Below, one piece after another: positions 25,914 to 35,657 of a stretch of 64,000 bases of DNA. The DNA comes from Streptosporangiaceae bacterium. Lineage in GTDB: Bacteria; Actinomycetota; Actinomycetes; Streptosporangiales; Streptosporangiaceae. The stretch is from NCBI GenBank assembly GCA_036509255.1, contig DATCFY010000058.1:5988-69987 (forward strand), in the 5' to 3' direction. The notes beneath the pieces are model-generated. The model ran no database searches, was not told the origin of the DNA, and worked only from the letters and a program-made list of their open reading frames with translations. The position numbers and the translations under genes are program-made. Within the stretch, counting starts at the first letter, position 1. The number at the start of each line of letters is the position of its first letter.

Positions 25914-27623
25914 GTGTCCGACATCGACATCGCGTTGCAGGCGGCGCAAGACGCAGCCCAGGCTCTCGCGCCCGAGGCCGATCTCGTCGCCGATCTCGAC
26001 ATGGCGGGGTTCGGGGGCTCGCTGCTTGCGGTGCTCAACCGGGCCATGGAGCACCCCGTCACCCTGGCCGGGGCCAGCCTCCGGCTGACAGCCAACCTGG
26101 CCCGGGCCACCCAGTTTGCGACGGCCAGGGCAATGGGACTGGCGGTCGCCCCGCCTATCGAGCCGGACCGCGACAAGCGGTTCGCCGACGCTACCTGGGA
26201 GGACAACCCGGCCTACGCCGCGTTGCGCCAGTTTTACCTGGCGTCCAGGCAGTTCACCGGCGAGGTGCTCGACACTGGCCGGGGCGACCCGGTCAGCGAC
26301 GGCAAGGCCCAGCTAGCCACCGGGTTCCTGCTGGACGCGCTCAGCCCGACCAACTTCCTGATGACCAACCCGGCCGCGCTGAAGCGGGCGTTCGAGACCG
26401 GGGGCGGCAGCCTGGTGGCCGGTACGCGGAACTTCCTCGACGACCTGGCGCACAACAAGGGCAAGCCCAAGCAGGTCGACACGAGCTCGTTTCACCTGGG
26501 CCAGAACATGGCCGCCACGCCGGGCCGGGTCGTGTACTCCAGCGAGCTGATGGAACTCATCCAGTACGCCCCGCAGACCCCGCAGGTCCGGTCCATCCCG
26601 ATGCTGGCCAGCCCGCCCTGGATCAACAAGTACTACATCATGGACCTGGCCCCGGGCCGCAGCTTCATCGAGTGGGCCGTGCAGCACGGGCACACGGTCT
26701 TCGCCATCTCCTACCGGAACCCTAGTGCGGAGATGAGCGGGATCACCCTGGACGACTACCTCATCGATGGACCGAAGACGGCGCTGGACGTGATCTCGGA
26801 CATCACCGGGTCACCCAAGATCAACATTACCGGGCTCTGCCTCGGCGGTGCGCTGACCGCCATGCTGGCCTCTTACCTGATCCGCACCGGAGACGACCGG
26901 ATCAACTCCATTGCGCTGCTGAACACGATGCTCGACTACAGCGAGCCGGGCGTGCTCGGCGTGTTCACCGACCAGTCAACGATAGCCCGGCTGGAACGGA
27001 AGATGGAGACTGAGGGCGTGCTGGAGGGGTCAGACATGGCGGGCACCTTCGACATGCTCCGGGCCAACGACCTGATCTTCAACTATGTGGTGTCCAACTG
27101 GCTGATGGGCAAGCAGCCGCCGGCGTTCGACATCCTGGCCTGGAACGGGGACAGCACCCGGATGCCGGCCGCGATGCACTCCTTCTACCTTCGCTCGCTC
27201 TACGTCCGCAACGAGCTGGCCACGGGAGAGCTAGAACTGGCCGGGCAGCGGTTGTCGCTGGCCGATGTGAAGACCGACGCCTACGTGGTAGGCGCGGTGA
27301 ACGACCACATCGTGCCCTGGACGACGTCGTACAAGGCGACCCGGCTGCTCGGCGGCCACGTGCGCTATGTCCTGACCAGCGGCGGCCACGTGGCCGGGAT
27401 CGTCAACCCGCCCGGCCCGAAGGCCTGGCATATCGCCGGGGAGGACTACCCGCCCAGCGCGGAGGCGTGGCGGGCCACTGCGGAGCGCAAGGACGGCTCC
27501 TGGTGGGAGGACTGGTCTGGCTGGGTCGAGTCACGGGCTGGTGAGCTGGTCAAGCCACCCCGGATGGGCAGCCGCCGCTACCCCCCGCTAGGCGACGCAC
27601 CCGGCCAGTACGTCCTCGGCTAA
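25914..27623 (+). CDS. phaC: Poly(3-hydroxyalkanoate) synthase, class I-like
   Basis: Lipase box ITGLCLGG, WINKYYIMDL and FNYVVSNWLMGK. AGGAGG lies 6 nt before GTG 25914. Confidence 0.9.
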   Translation: MSDIDIALQAAQDAAQALAPEADLVADLDMAGFGGSLLAVLNRAMEHPVTLAGASLRLTANLARATQFATARAMGLAVAPPIEPDRDKRFADATWEDNPAYAALRQFYLASRQFTGEVLDTGRGDPVSDGKAQLATGFLLDALSPTNFLMTNPAALKRAFETGGGSLVAGTRNFLDDLAHNKGKPKQVDTSSFHLGQNMAATPGRVVYSSELMELIQYAPQTPQVRSIPMLASPPWINKYYIMDLAPGRSFIEWAVQHGHTVFAISYRNPSAEMSGITLDDYLIDGPKTALDVISDITGSPKINITGLCLGGALTAMLASYLIRTGDDRINSIALLNTMLDYSEPGVLGVFTDQSTIARLERKMETEGVLEGSDMAGTFDMLRANDLIFNYVVSNWLMGKQPPAFDILAWNGDSTRMPAAMHSFYLRSLYVRNELATGELELAGQRLSLADVKTDAYVVGAVNDHIVPWTTSYKATRLLGGHVRYVLTSGGHVAGIVNPPGPKAWHIAGEDYPPSAEAWRATAERKDGSWWEDWSGWVESRAGELVKPPRMGSRRYPPLGDAPGQYVLG

Positions 27624-27728
27624 CGGCCGGGCCAGAGCCACGGAACTGAGCCGGCGGACTCAGGGGCGAGCGGTGAGGTGTGAGCCAGCAGACACCCGTC
27701 TCGCTTGGTAAACCGCGCAGCGTGCATG

Positions 27729-27740
27729 GTATAGTAAGCA
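27729..27740. promoter_or_regulatory. 12-mer GTATAGTAAGCA (includes an extended -10-like TGGTATAGT)
   Basis: Lies 68 nt upstream of the phasin-like ATG. TTGGTA sits 19 nt upstream. The reverse complement recurs at 28190-28201. Confidence 0.4.
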
Positions 27741-27807
27741 CATAGCGGCAGACCTCGGAGAGGTCCACCACAGCGAACTTCCGAGCACCAGACTCTAGGA
27801 GAGCATC

Positions 27808-28131
27808 ATGGCCGAAACCCGTACCACCAGCCAGGAAGTCCAGGCCGAGATCCTGGACGCCGTCCGCAAGAGCCAGGATGTCGTGGTGGACACGGTCAAG
27901 CGCTGGGCCGACACGGTCCAGTCGATCACCCCGTCCATTCCGGTTCCCAGCCTCCCCTACGCCGACAAGCTGCCCAGGCCCGAGGAGCTCGTGGCAAGCG
28001 CCTACGACTTCGCCGAGCAGATGCTGGCCAGCCAGCGCACCTTCGCGGAGAACGTGCTCCAGGCGGCCAAGCCGCTGCCGGCGGGCAAGAACGGCACGAC
28101 GGCCCCCAAGGCCGGTACCAGCACCAAGTGA
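27808..28131 (+). CDS. Small helical protein, possibly phasin-like (PHA granule-associated)
   Basis: 107 aa, predicted helical, with a Lys/Thr-rich tail. It sits immediately downstream of phaC. The function is inferred from context only. Confidence 0.5.
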   Translation: MAETRTTSQEVQAEILDAVRKSQDVVVDTVKRWADTVQSITPSIPVPSLPYADKLPRPEELVASAYDFAEQMLASQRTFAENVLQAAKPLPAGKNGTTAPKAGTSTK

Positions 28132-28150
28132 CCTGAGCTGGCCCCATCCC

Positions 28151-28182
28151 GCGCGGCGTCCCGGATATCCGGGACGCCGCGC
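28151..28182 (+). terminator. Hairpin GCGCGGCGTCCCGG-ATAT-CCGGGACGCCGCGC
   Basis: Perfect 14-bp stem 20 nt after the stop at 28131. Confidence 0.55.
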
Positions 28183-28189
28183 GGACTTA

Positions 28190-28201
28190 TGCTTACTATA
28201 C
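28190..28201. promoter_or_regulatory. Inverted copy (TGCTTACTATAC) of the 12-mer at 27729-27740
   Basis: Lies 66 nt upstream of the XRE regulator ATG and contains TATACT. Confidence 0.4.
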
Positions 28202-28266
28202 TTAGCGAATGTCAGCGCCCTGGCCAGGCCGGCCCGGCTGCACCCGTCTCGGGACTGGAGGTCCTC

Positions 28267-28656
28267 ATGCCAGAACCCTGGGACACCCAGCGGGAAGCCC
28301 TCGGCGCCTTCATCCGCACCCAGCGGAAGCTGGCCAATCTGTCCTTGCGCCAGCTCGCGGAGATGACCAGCCTCTCCAACCCTTACCTGAGCCAGGTGGA
28401 GCGCGGGCTGCACCAGCCGTCGGTGCGGGTGCTCAAGCTCATTTCCGATGCGCTGAACGTGTCCGCGGAAACCCTGCTCACCCAGGCCGGGCTGCTGGAT
28501 GGCGAGCGTCCCGGCGCCGGGACCGGGCCGGGCCAGGCCGGCCGCGACCCCGCGACCGCAGCCGGCGCCGAAGCGGCTATCCTCGCTGATCAGCGCCTCA
28601 CCGATGAGCAGAAGAGCGCACTGATCACCGTGTACCGGAGTATGCTTCGTTCTTGA
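28267..28656 (+). CDS. XRE-family helix-turn-helix transcriptional regulator
   Basis: LSLRQLAEMTSLSNPYLSQVERGLHQPSVRVLKLISDAL. GGAGG lies 6 nt before ATG 28267. Confidence 0.8.
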   Translation: MPEPWDTQREALGAFIRTQRKLANLSLRQLAEMTSLSNPYLSQVERGLHQPSVRVLKLISDALNVSAETLLTQAGLLDGERPGAGTGPGQAGRDPATAAGAEAAILADQRLTDEQKSALITVYRSMLRS

Positions 28657-28797
28657 ATAGGAACTTTGGCGCGGTCCGCCACGAGTGACATCGAATCCAG
28701 CGCATCGTTGCTTTTACGGCCCTCAGTGTAACCAAGAAGTTACCTACATCTTGCCCTCCGGCCAGCAGGGGGAGCTACTCATGTCTATAATTCCTAT

Positions 28798-29718
28798 ATG
28801 GTAATAGGGGAATCTCGTTTGCCTATGCTGCTGCCGCGCCCGGAAGAGTCAGAGCTTGCCATCGCGCCTCCGGTGGCCGAGCCCGGGTACTGGGCCGGCG
28901 CACCCAGCGCGTTCGTCGGGGACGACGCGATCTACCTGGCCTACCGGATGCGGCGCCCTGTCGGCCGCGGCCGCGGTTACGGCGTCAGCGTGGCCCGGTC
29001 CGAGGACGGCGTGCATTTCGAGCCGCTGATGAACATCGGGCGCGAACTGGTCGGCACCGAGTCGCTCGAGCGGCCTTCGCTGGTGCGCTCCGAGACCGGT
29101 ACCTGGCGGCTGTACCTGAGCTGTGCCACACCGGGGACCAAGCACTGGCGGGTGGAACTGGTCGAGGCCGCCCACCCCAGCGAGTTCGACGCGCTGGACA
29201 GCCAGGTCGTCCTGCCGGGAGACGTCAAGACCGGGGTCAAGGACCCGGTGATCACCTTCCGGGACGGGCTCTGGCAGCTGTGGGCGTCATGCCATCCGCT
29301 GGCCGATCCCGCCGAGGCCGACCAGATGGTCACCGACTACGCCACGAGCGTGGACGGCAGGGAGTGGACCTGGCATGGGACGGCGCTGAACGGCCGCCCG
29401 GGCCACTGGGACTCCCGGGGCGCCCGGGTGACCGCGGTGATGTACACCGGCGGCGGCATCGTCGCCTACTACGACGGCCGGGCCAGCGCCGCCGAGAACT
29501 ACGAAGAGCGCACCGGTATCGCCACCGGGACCGAGCCCGCCGCACTCACCCCCGTCGGGGATGCGCCGTCAGCCGAGTCGCCCTACGGCGGCGGGGGCCT
29601 GCGCTACCTGGACATCCTGCCGCTCGGCGACGGCAGCTACCGGCTGTACTACGAGATGAGCCGGCCGGACGGCTCACACGAGCTGCGCACCGAGTTCCGG
29701 GCCGCGGTGGACGCCTAG
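28798..29718 (+). CDS. Hypothetical protein, probably beta-propeller glycosidase-like (GH32/43/130-type fold)
   Basis: Repeated blade-like segments (DGVHFEPL, GTWRLYLSC, DGLWQLWASC, GIVAYYDG, SYRLYYEM). The family assignment is tentative. Alternative start at ATG 28825. Confidence 0.55.
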   Translation: MVIGESRLPMLLPRPEESELAIAPPVAEPGYWAGAPSAFVGDDAIYLAYRMRRPVGRGRGYGVSVARSEDGVHFEPLMNIGRELVGTESLERPSLVRSETGTWRLYLSCATPGTKHWRVELVEAAHPSEFDALDSQVVLPGDVKTGVKDPVITFRDGLWQLWASCHPLADPAEADQMVTDYATSVDGREWTWHGTALNGRPGHWDSRGARVTAVMYTGGGIVAYYDGRASAAENYEERTGIATGTEPAALTPVGDAPSAESPYGGGGLRYLDILPLGDGSYRLYYEMSRPDGSHELRTEFRAAVDA

Positions 29719-29776
29719 CCCGGCGATCCGCCGCGCCTGGCGGCCCGCGGCCCCAGGCGGACTAGCCTGCAGTGGC

Positions 29777-30787
29777 CTAGCCCATGCCGGGCTCGCTGTC
29801 ACGGCGCTGGCCGTTGCGAGCCTGCCGCTGCCCGACCGGGCGGTCGCCGACCAGCCCGCCGGACCTCTCCCGGGGCTGCAGCCAGTCGCTGAAGTCCGAC
29901 TCGGTGACCTTCTCCAGCAGCCGGATATCGGACTCGAAGTACGGCAGCACCGCCTGCCGCTGCTCCCAGGTCAGGGGCTGGCGGGGCCGGGCCCCGCGCT
30001 GGAGCATCCGCTCCAGCGGGCTGGTGAGCGCTGTCCCGGTCGTCCCGGGCAGGTGCCGGCTGGCTGCCGCGGCCGCCCGGATCACCGAGGACACGGCCCG
30101 GTGCCCCAGCGATTCGTCCGGGTGCGCGGTCACGTTCTCTTTCGGCACCGCGGTGACGAGCCCCTGCTCGACCCCCAGGAACCCGCAGATCTGATCCAGC
30201 GTCTGCACCGGCGCGTCGACCAGGTCCCGGTAGCGAAGCCACAGCACCTGCTCCTTCGGGAACACCTGGTACAGGTGCTCGAGTTGCTCCCCGTACCGGC
30301 CCAGCCGCGTGTAGTGCCAGAACTGCGCCCACCCGGCGGCCACCCGGCGGTCCTCGTCCGCGCAGGCCTTGACGAAATCCCCGATCGGGTCGAGGCCCGC
30401 CGACCACAGGTGCGTCCAGTTGGAGTGGGCCCGCTCCACCGGGTCACGCAGCATCGCGATCACCTTGACGTCCGGGATCAGCTCCCGGATCCGGGCCTGC
30501 GCCGCCGTGTCGTACAGGTAGAACGGGGTCGATTCGGCGCGCAGCTGGCCTGCCGGCGCCGCGGCGAAGAGGCCTTCATAGTCTTCCCGGCGCCAGACGT
30601 GCTCCCGCCAGGTCGGGACGTCCCCGGGACCGCCGCCCCGGGTGGGCGGCGGCTGCCCGTCGGTCAGGAAGAACTTGGGTTCCTTGACCGGCGACATGTA
30701 GAGCAAGGGATGCGTGGCCAGGGCCGCGTGCAGCGCCGTGGTGCCAGCCTTCGGGGCACCGATGATCAGGAAGTCCGGCAGAGGCAT
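29777..30787 (-). CDS. Sulfotransferase-family protein
   Basis: 5'-PSB motif FLIIGAPKAGTTAL and 3'-PB-like RDPVERAHSNW. AAGGAGG RBS. Confidence 0.85.
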   Translation of the reverse strand: MPLPDFLIIGAPKAGTTALHAALATHPLLYMSPVKEPKFFLTDGQPPPTRGGGPGDVPTWREHVWRREDYEGLFAAAPAGQLRAESTPFYLYDTAAQARIRELIPDVKVIAMLRDPVERAHSNWTHLWSAGLDPIGDFVKACADEDRRVAAGWAQFWHYTRLGRYGEQLEHLYQVFPKEQVLWLRYRDLVDAPVQTLDQICGFLGVEQGLVTAVPKENVTAHPDESLGHRAVSSVIRAAAAASRHLPGTTGTALTSPLERMLQRGARPRQPLTWEQRQAVLPYFESDIRLLEKVTESDFSDWLQPRERSGGLVGDRPVGQRQARNGQRRDSEPGMG

Positions 30788-30890
30788 GGTGGCCTCCTTT
30801 ACGTGAATGTGCTCCTGCGTGCGTCCTCGGGCCGCATAGAGCAGGGGGGAATTATCCCGATCAATTTAGTAGACTATGGGACGCACGGTT

Positions 30891-30920
30891 GCCGGTCAAT
30901 GCCGGTCAATGCCGGCCAAC
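30891..30920. repeat. Tandem 10-mer GCCGGTCAAT x2 plus a degenerate third copy
   Basis: Read directly, about 105-130 nt upstream of the sulfotransferase start. Confidence 0.6.
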
Positions 30921-31298
30921 CGACGCTACCTGGTCCCAGGCTTTACCCGGGCCCGTCCATCTGGACAGACGCTCCCCGGCCTCGTTGCGCGGGGAGCGCA
31001 CGGGCACCAGCCTGCCCGCCCCGCAGCGGCTCACACCTCCTCCCCGCGCCTATGTGCTGCGCACCGCAATAGCGAACCCAGCGGTCTCTTTGCGCACCAG
31101 GCATTCAGGCGCCGCAGGGCGGACGCCGGAATTCGCTTCCGGCTATGCACCGAAACCCGGGGCCCGGCGGGTTATCTGCGGGAATTGCGCGGGCTTTCCC
31201 GGCGGGGAGGAGAGCACATAAATGCCCGGGACCCAATCACCTGAACGGAAATGGGACCATCCTGCGCGTCATCCGGGAGCCAGCCGGCCGCCTGCCGG

Positions 31299-31883
31299 TC
31301 AGGCCCGGGCGCGGTCCTCAGCGCCGCTGAGGGCCGCGGCGTCCTCGCGGCGCAGCAGCGCGGGCTCACCGTCGCGGCGCAGCAGCGCGGCGACCTCCGC
31401 CGCGGAGACGCCGTGGAAGTGCAGGTGGTAGCCGCCCATCGAGAGCTGCGCGGCGGCCGGCGCGTCGAGCGCCGGGACCTGCCCGATCCCCAGGCCGCTG
31501 GCCGACCCGGGCTCGATGGCCAGCGCGGGGTGGTCGTGGACCGCCCGGGCCTGCCGGGCCCCGGCGATCCGGGCGTGCTGCGCTGTCCCCGGGCGCGCGA
31601 TGGCCGGCCGCGGACGTGCGATCGCTGGCGTGGCCACCAGGGCCTGCCGGGCCCGTCGCGGGGGCTGTTTGTGCACCAGGACGACGTAACGGCGCAGATA
31701 ACGGACCACGGCCAGGGTGGCCACCGGCAAGGCGACGGCCGCCAGGGCCAGCAACAGCAGGTGCGCGGCCAGGAACGCGACGACCCCGCCGACGGCCACC
31801 GCGCCCGCGATCACGATCGCCGCGCCACCGCCAAGGTCACTGGCCGTGCTTCCGCAGCCGCAGGCCGATCCGGTTGCGCACAT
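31299..31883 (-). CDS. Hypothetical membrane protein with a Cys-rich N-terminus (MCATGSACGCGS)
   Basis: High GC3 in this frame. AAGGAGA RBS. Two hydrophobic helices followed by a soluble tail. Confidence 0.55.
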   Translation of the reverse strand: MCATGSACGCGSTASDLGGGAAIVIAGAVAVGGVVAFLAAHLLLLALAAVALPVATLAVVRYLRRYVVLVHKQPPRRARQALVATPAIARPRPAIARPGTAQHARIAGARQARAVHDHPALAIEPGSASGLGIGQVPALDAPAAAQLSMGGYHLHFHGVSAAEVAALLRRDGEPALLRREDAAALSGAEDRARA

Positions 31884-32049
31884 AGACGTCTCCTTGGGTG
31901 GAAGGCAGGAGGCTGCGCGGCCCGGGCCGAGGCTGGGGTGTCGTCGCTGACCAGCCCGCGCAGCAGGGTGCTACTCCCCACTCGACGCCGGGCCAGGAGC
32001 CGTTGTCTGCTGTCCGGAAGGGAATTGTCCCGTTTTCTGGCCATTGCTT

Positions 32050-33660
32050 TCAGTGACCACTCTCCCGGCTGATGGCCGGGGATTCCGCGTCGTACTCTCC
32101 CGCCGGGTGGCCGCCGGGGAGCCGGTGCTTGGCGACCCGCGCGGTGGGGGTGCGGGGCAGCTCGTCGATGAGCTGCCAGTAACGGGGCACCTTGAAGGCG
32201 GCCAGCCGGGTAGCCGTGTGCGCGCGCAGGGCGTCGAAGTCGGGCCGGCGGCCCGGCGCGGGCACCACGAACGCCTTCACCTCGTCCTCGGACAGCTCCG
32301 ACGCCACCCCGACCACGGCACACTCCAGCACGTCGGGGTGGTCTTCGACGACCTCCTCGACCTCGGCTGGGGACAGGTTCTCGCCGCGGCGGCGGAGCAC
32401 CTCCTTCTTCCGCGCCACGAACGTGTACGTGCCCCCGGGGTCGGCCGTGACCAGGTCGCCGGTGCGCAGCCAGCCGTCGCCGGTGAACGCCCGCGCCGTC
32501 TCAGCGGGCATGCCGTAGTAGCCGCGGGTCAGCACCGGGTTGCGGAGCAGTAGTTCCCCCGGGCGGCCCGGGCCGGCTTCCTGGCCCGCGTCGTCCACCA
32601 CCCGGGCGTGGTTGATCACGCCAAGCACCGGGTGCTGGCGGACGGCACCCAGGGTGCCGAACGGGCGGGTCCCATGCGGCCAGATCAGCCCGTAGGGGCT
32701 CTCCGACAGGGCGTACCCCACCACGATGCGCAGGCCGAGCCGCCGCTCGATGCCTTCCTGCCGTTCCCGGGCCGGCGCCGGCCCGGTGTAGCAGAGCCGC
32801 AGTAGCGTGTCCGCGTCACCTGGATGGGGCGGCTGGCGCATGAGGATCTCGAGCATCGCCCCGATCGCGTTGAACTCGGTCGCGCCGTGCCGCCGCGCGG
32901 CGTCCAGGAAGCCGCTCGCGGAAAACCTGGGCAGCAGGATCAGGCCCGCCCCGCAGGCCAGCGAGCCCATCACCGAGTAGGCCGGGGCGTTGATGTGGAA
33001 CAGCGGCAGCGAGGTCATCAGCCGGTCCCGGGCGGTGAGCTCCATCCAGTACGGGAAGCCCTCCCCGGCCAGGACGTAGGCCCGGTGGGTCTGCATGACC
33101 AGCTTGGACCGGCCCGTGGTGCCGGACGTGGGGATCAGCACGGCCAGGTCGTCGGGGGTGAGCGCGGCGGGGGGCAGCGGACGGGCTGGCCCGCTGCTGG
33201 CGTGGGCCCAGTCACCGGCTAGCTCCGTGGCGTCGAGTACACCCAGCGGCAGGCCGGCCAGCCTGGCCTGGCTGACCAGCCCGGCCAGGCCCTGGTCGGT
33301 GATCAGCGCACGCGGCTGGGTCTGCTGGGCCAGGCCGGCCAGCTCGGCCGGGGCGCTGCGCGGGTTGACCGAGACCACGACCGCACCCAGCGCGGTCAGG
33401 GCCAGCCAGCAGATCAGGTACTCCGGCGTGGTCCGCGCGGTGACCATGACCAGGTCCCCGTGCCCGACCCCGGCGTCGCGCAGGCAGCGGGCCGCCGCCG
33501 CGACCTGGCCCAGCGCGCCGGCGAAGCTCAGCGTCCCCTCGTCGCTGCGGACCCACACGCCGTCCGGGTCGCGGGCCGCGGCGTCGGCCAGGACCTGCGG
33601 GATGGTCCGGCTCGGCGCCGGGTCCGCCCGCGACGCACCGGCCTGGGCTGTCCCGGGCAC
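32050..33660 (-). CDS. AMP-dependent synthetase/ligase (acyl-CoA synthetase-like)
   Basis: AMP-binding motif LIPTSGTTGRSKLV, and YGLSE-like and GDL motifs. Confidence 0.85.
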   Translation of the reverse strand: MPGTAQAGASRADPAPSRTIPQVLADAAARDPDGVWVRSDEGTLSFAGALGQVAAAARCLRDAGVGHGDLVMVTARTTPEYLICWLALTALGAVVVSVNPRSAPAELAGLAQQTQPRALITDQGLAGLVSQARLAGLPLGVLDATELAGDWAHASSGPARPLPPAALTPDDLAVLIPTSGTTGRSKLVMQTHRAYVLAGEGFPYWMELTARDRLMTSLPLFHINAPAYSVMGSLACGAGLILLPRFSASGFLDAARRHGATEFNAIGAMLEILMRQPPHPGDADTLLRLCYTGPAPARERQEGIERRLGLRIVVGYALSESPYGLIWPHGTRPFGTLGAVRQHPVLGVINHARVVDDAGQEAGPGRPGELLLRNPVLTRGYYGMPAETARAFTGDGWLRTGDLVTADPGGTYTFVARKKEVLRRRGENLSPAEVEEVVEDHPDVLECAVVGVASELSEDEVKAFVVPAPGRRPDFDALRAHTATRLAAFKVPRYWQLIDELPRTPTARVAKHRLPGGHPAGEYDAESPAISRESGH

Positions 33661-33662
33661 GA

Positions 33663-34514
33663 TCAGGATGACCGCGGGGCCACGTGATCGCGCCAGGAGT
33701 GCTGCGGCGTGAAGCCCAGCGCCGAGCGGGCCTGGTCGATGGCCAGCAGCGTGCCGAACTCCCCCACCTCGCGGTTCAGCGTGACGCCCGGGAAGACCTC
33801 GGCCAGCAACTGCGCGGAGGGCCGGTCCATCACGGTGTCCGCGGCCGCGATGATGTAGCTGACGCTGCCCTTGGCCGGTGCCTCCAGGGCCAGCCGGCAG
33901 GCCATGGCCGCGTCACGCTCGTCGATGTAGCCCCACAGGTTCCACCGGCGCGCGGCCGGGTCCGGCCAGTACTCGGGAAAGTGCTGGTAATCCGCGGGGC
34001 CGAGGATGTTGGAGAAACGCAGCCCGATGAACGGGATCTGGGACCACTCGGCGATGTGCGCGGCCACGGTCTCGCTGGCCACTTTGGACAGCGCGTACGT
34101 GCTCGTCGGGACGGGGTAGTGGTCCTCGTCCACCGGCGCGTACCGGGGTGGCACGTCGAACGGGAGGCCCAGCGTGGTCTCGCTGGATGCCCACACCACC
34201 CGCTCCAGCTTGGCCTGGGCCGCCGCGGTGAACACGTTGAAGTTCATGGTCATGTTCTGGTTGAACGTGGTCGCCGGGGTATGGATCTCCGGAGCCGGGA
34301 TGTTGGCCAGGTGCACCACGGCGTCCACCCCCTGGAGCACCTCGGTGGCCTGGCCGTAGTCGGTCAGGTCGGCCAGCAGCGGCCGGACCCCCAGGTCCTC
34401 GGCGGGCATGACCCGGTCGGTGGCCACCACCCGGTAGCCGTGCGCCAGCAGTTCCCGGACGGCGACCCTCCCGGCCCGGCCGCTCGCGCCGGTGACGCAG
34501 ATTCGTTTCGTCAT
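33663..34514 (-). CDS. NAD-dependent epimerase/dehydratase-family protein
   Basis: ICVTGASGRAGRVAVRELLAHGYRVVATDR Rossmann motif and YALSK (Tyr-X3-Lys). Confidence 0.85.
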   Translation of the reverse strand: MTKRICVTGASGRAGRVAVRELLAHGYRVVATDRVMPAEDLGVRPLLADLTDYGQATEVLQGVDAVVHLANIPAPEIHTPATTFNQNMTMNFNVFTAAAQAKLERVVWASSETTLGLPFDVPPRYAPVDEDHYPVPTSTYALSKVASETVAAHIAEWSQIPFIGLRFSNILGPADYQHFPEYWPDPAARRWNLWGYIDERDAAMACRLALEAPAKGSVSYIIAAADTVMDRPSAQLLAEVFPGVTLNREVGEFGTLLAIDQARSALGFTPQHSWRDHVAPRSS

Positions 34515-34610
34515 GGGGCCAGGATTTCACGCGGCCCACGCCCCCCGGCAAACCCTGCGCCGTGCCCCCGCCCGGGCAGGTGCGCCCGGGCGTGAGGCCG
34601 CCGGCGGGGC

Positions 34611-35657
34611 TCAGGGGGTGGGCGTGACGAGTGTGGTGGACCTGACCGCGCCGCTGCTCCCCGTGCTGGGGGTCGGCGACGGCACCGTCGAGGGTGAGGA
34701 CGCCGTGCCGGAGGTACCCGGGCTCGGCGTCCCCGAGCTTGGCGTCGGCGTCCCCGAGGACGCCGAGGACGCCGAGGACGTCGGGCTGGCCGTCGCGGAC
34801 CCGGTTGGCGCGGCCGACGGCGTGCTGGACGGGGGCGCGGTGTGCCGCTGCCGCGAGGTGTGGCCGCCGGACGGGGAGCTCAGCGGCGGCCTGCCCACGG
34901 CGAGCTGGAACACGATGATGGCCGCCACGACGACGACGAAGAACAGCGCGGCGGTACCGCCGTAGGTCAGCCACTGCCGGCGGGTCAGGCCGGCGAAGAA
35001 GCTGGTGACCGCACCCCAGAGGCCGCCGGCCCCCGCGTCGTCACCGGCCGGGCCTTCGTCGGTGAGCTGCCCGTGCGCGTGAGAGCTGGCCGTGTCACCG
35101 GGGCGGTCCCCGCCGTTCGCGGCGCTGCCGCCAGCGGTGGTGCGGCCGTAGGGCGACCCGCCATTCGTGCTGCCGCCGCTGGCTGACCAGTCGTTAGGTA
35201 CGCCCCACTCGGTGGCGACGCCGGGGATCAGCTCCGTTTCGTGGGGATCCCGGGGGGTGCCGTACTGCCGCCGGTCCCAGACGGCCGTGTCGTGTTCCGC
35301 CTCACCCCCGGCCGCCGGGCGGGAGGCCGAGCCCGCGGACGCGGCGTGCCGCCCGCCGACGGTGGTTCCCGGCGTGGTGCCGCTCGCCGTGGTGCCGCTC
35401 ACCGTGGTCCCGGTCCCGGTCCCGGCGCCGGGGTGATGGAGCACCACCTGCCCCGCCGTCCGCAACCGCTCCTGGGAACGCTGCAGATAGTGCTTGTAGA
35501 TCTCGGTACCCATGGTGCTGGAGATGCTGCCCACGGCCGCACCGACAAGGGTGCCGCCCACTCCCAGGTAGGAAGCAGCGATCGCGCCAGTCAAGGTAGC
35601 CAGCACACTGGCGATGACTTGAGTGCCGCTCAGGTTGAGTCCGCGCGGCCCGCTCAT
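34611..35657 (-). CDS. Hypothetical membrane protein with Thr/Ser/Pro/Gly-rich low-complexity regions
   Basis: N-terminal and central TM helices. High GC3. No recognisable domain. Confidence 0.5.
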   Translation of the reverse strand: MSGPRGLNLSGTQVIASVLATLTGAIAASYLGVGGTLVGAAVGSISSTMGTEIYKHYLQRSQERLRTAGQVVLHHPGAGTGTGTTVSGTTASGTTPGTTVGGRHAASAGSASRPAAGGEAEHDTAVWDRRQYGTPRDPHETELIPGVATEWGVPNDWSASGGSTNGGSPYGRTTAGGSAANGGDRPGDTASSHAHGQLTDEGPAGDDAGAGGLWGAVTSFFAGLTRRQWLTYGGTAALFFVVVVAAIIVFQLAVGRPPLSSPSGGHTSRQRHTAPPSSTPSAAPTGSATASPTSSASSASSGTPTPSSGTPSPGTSGTASSPSTVPSPTPSTGSSGAVRSTTLVTPTP

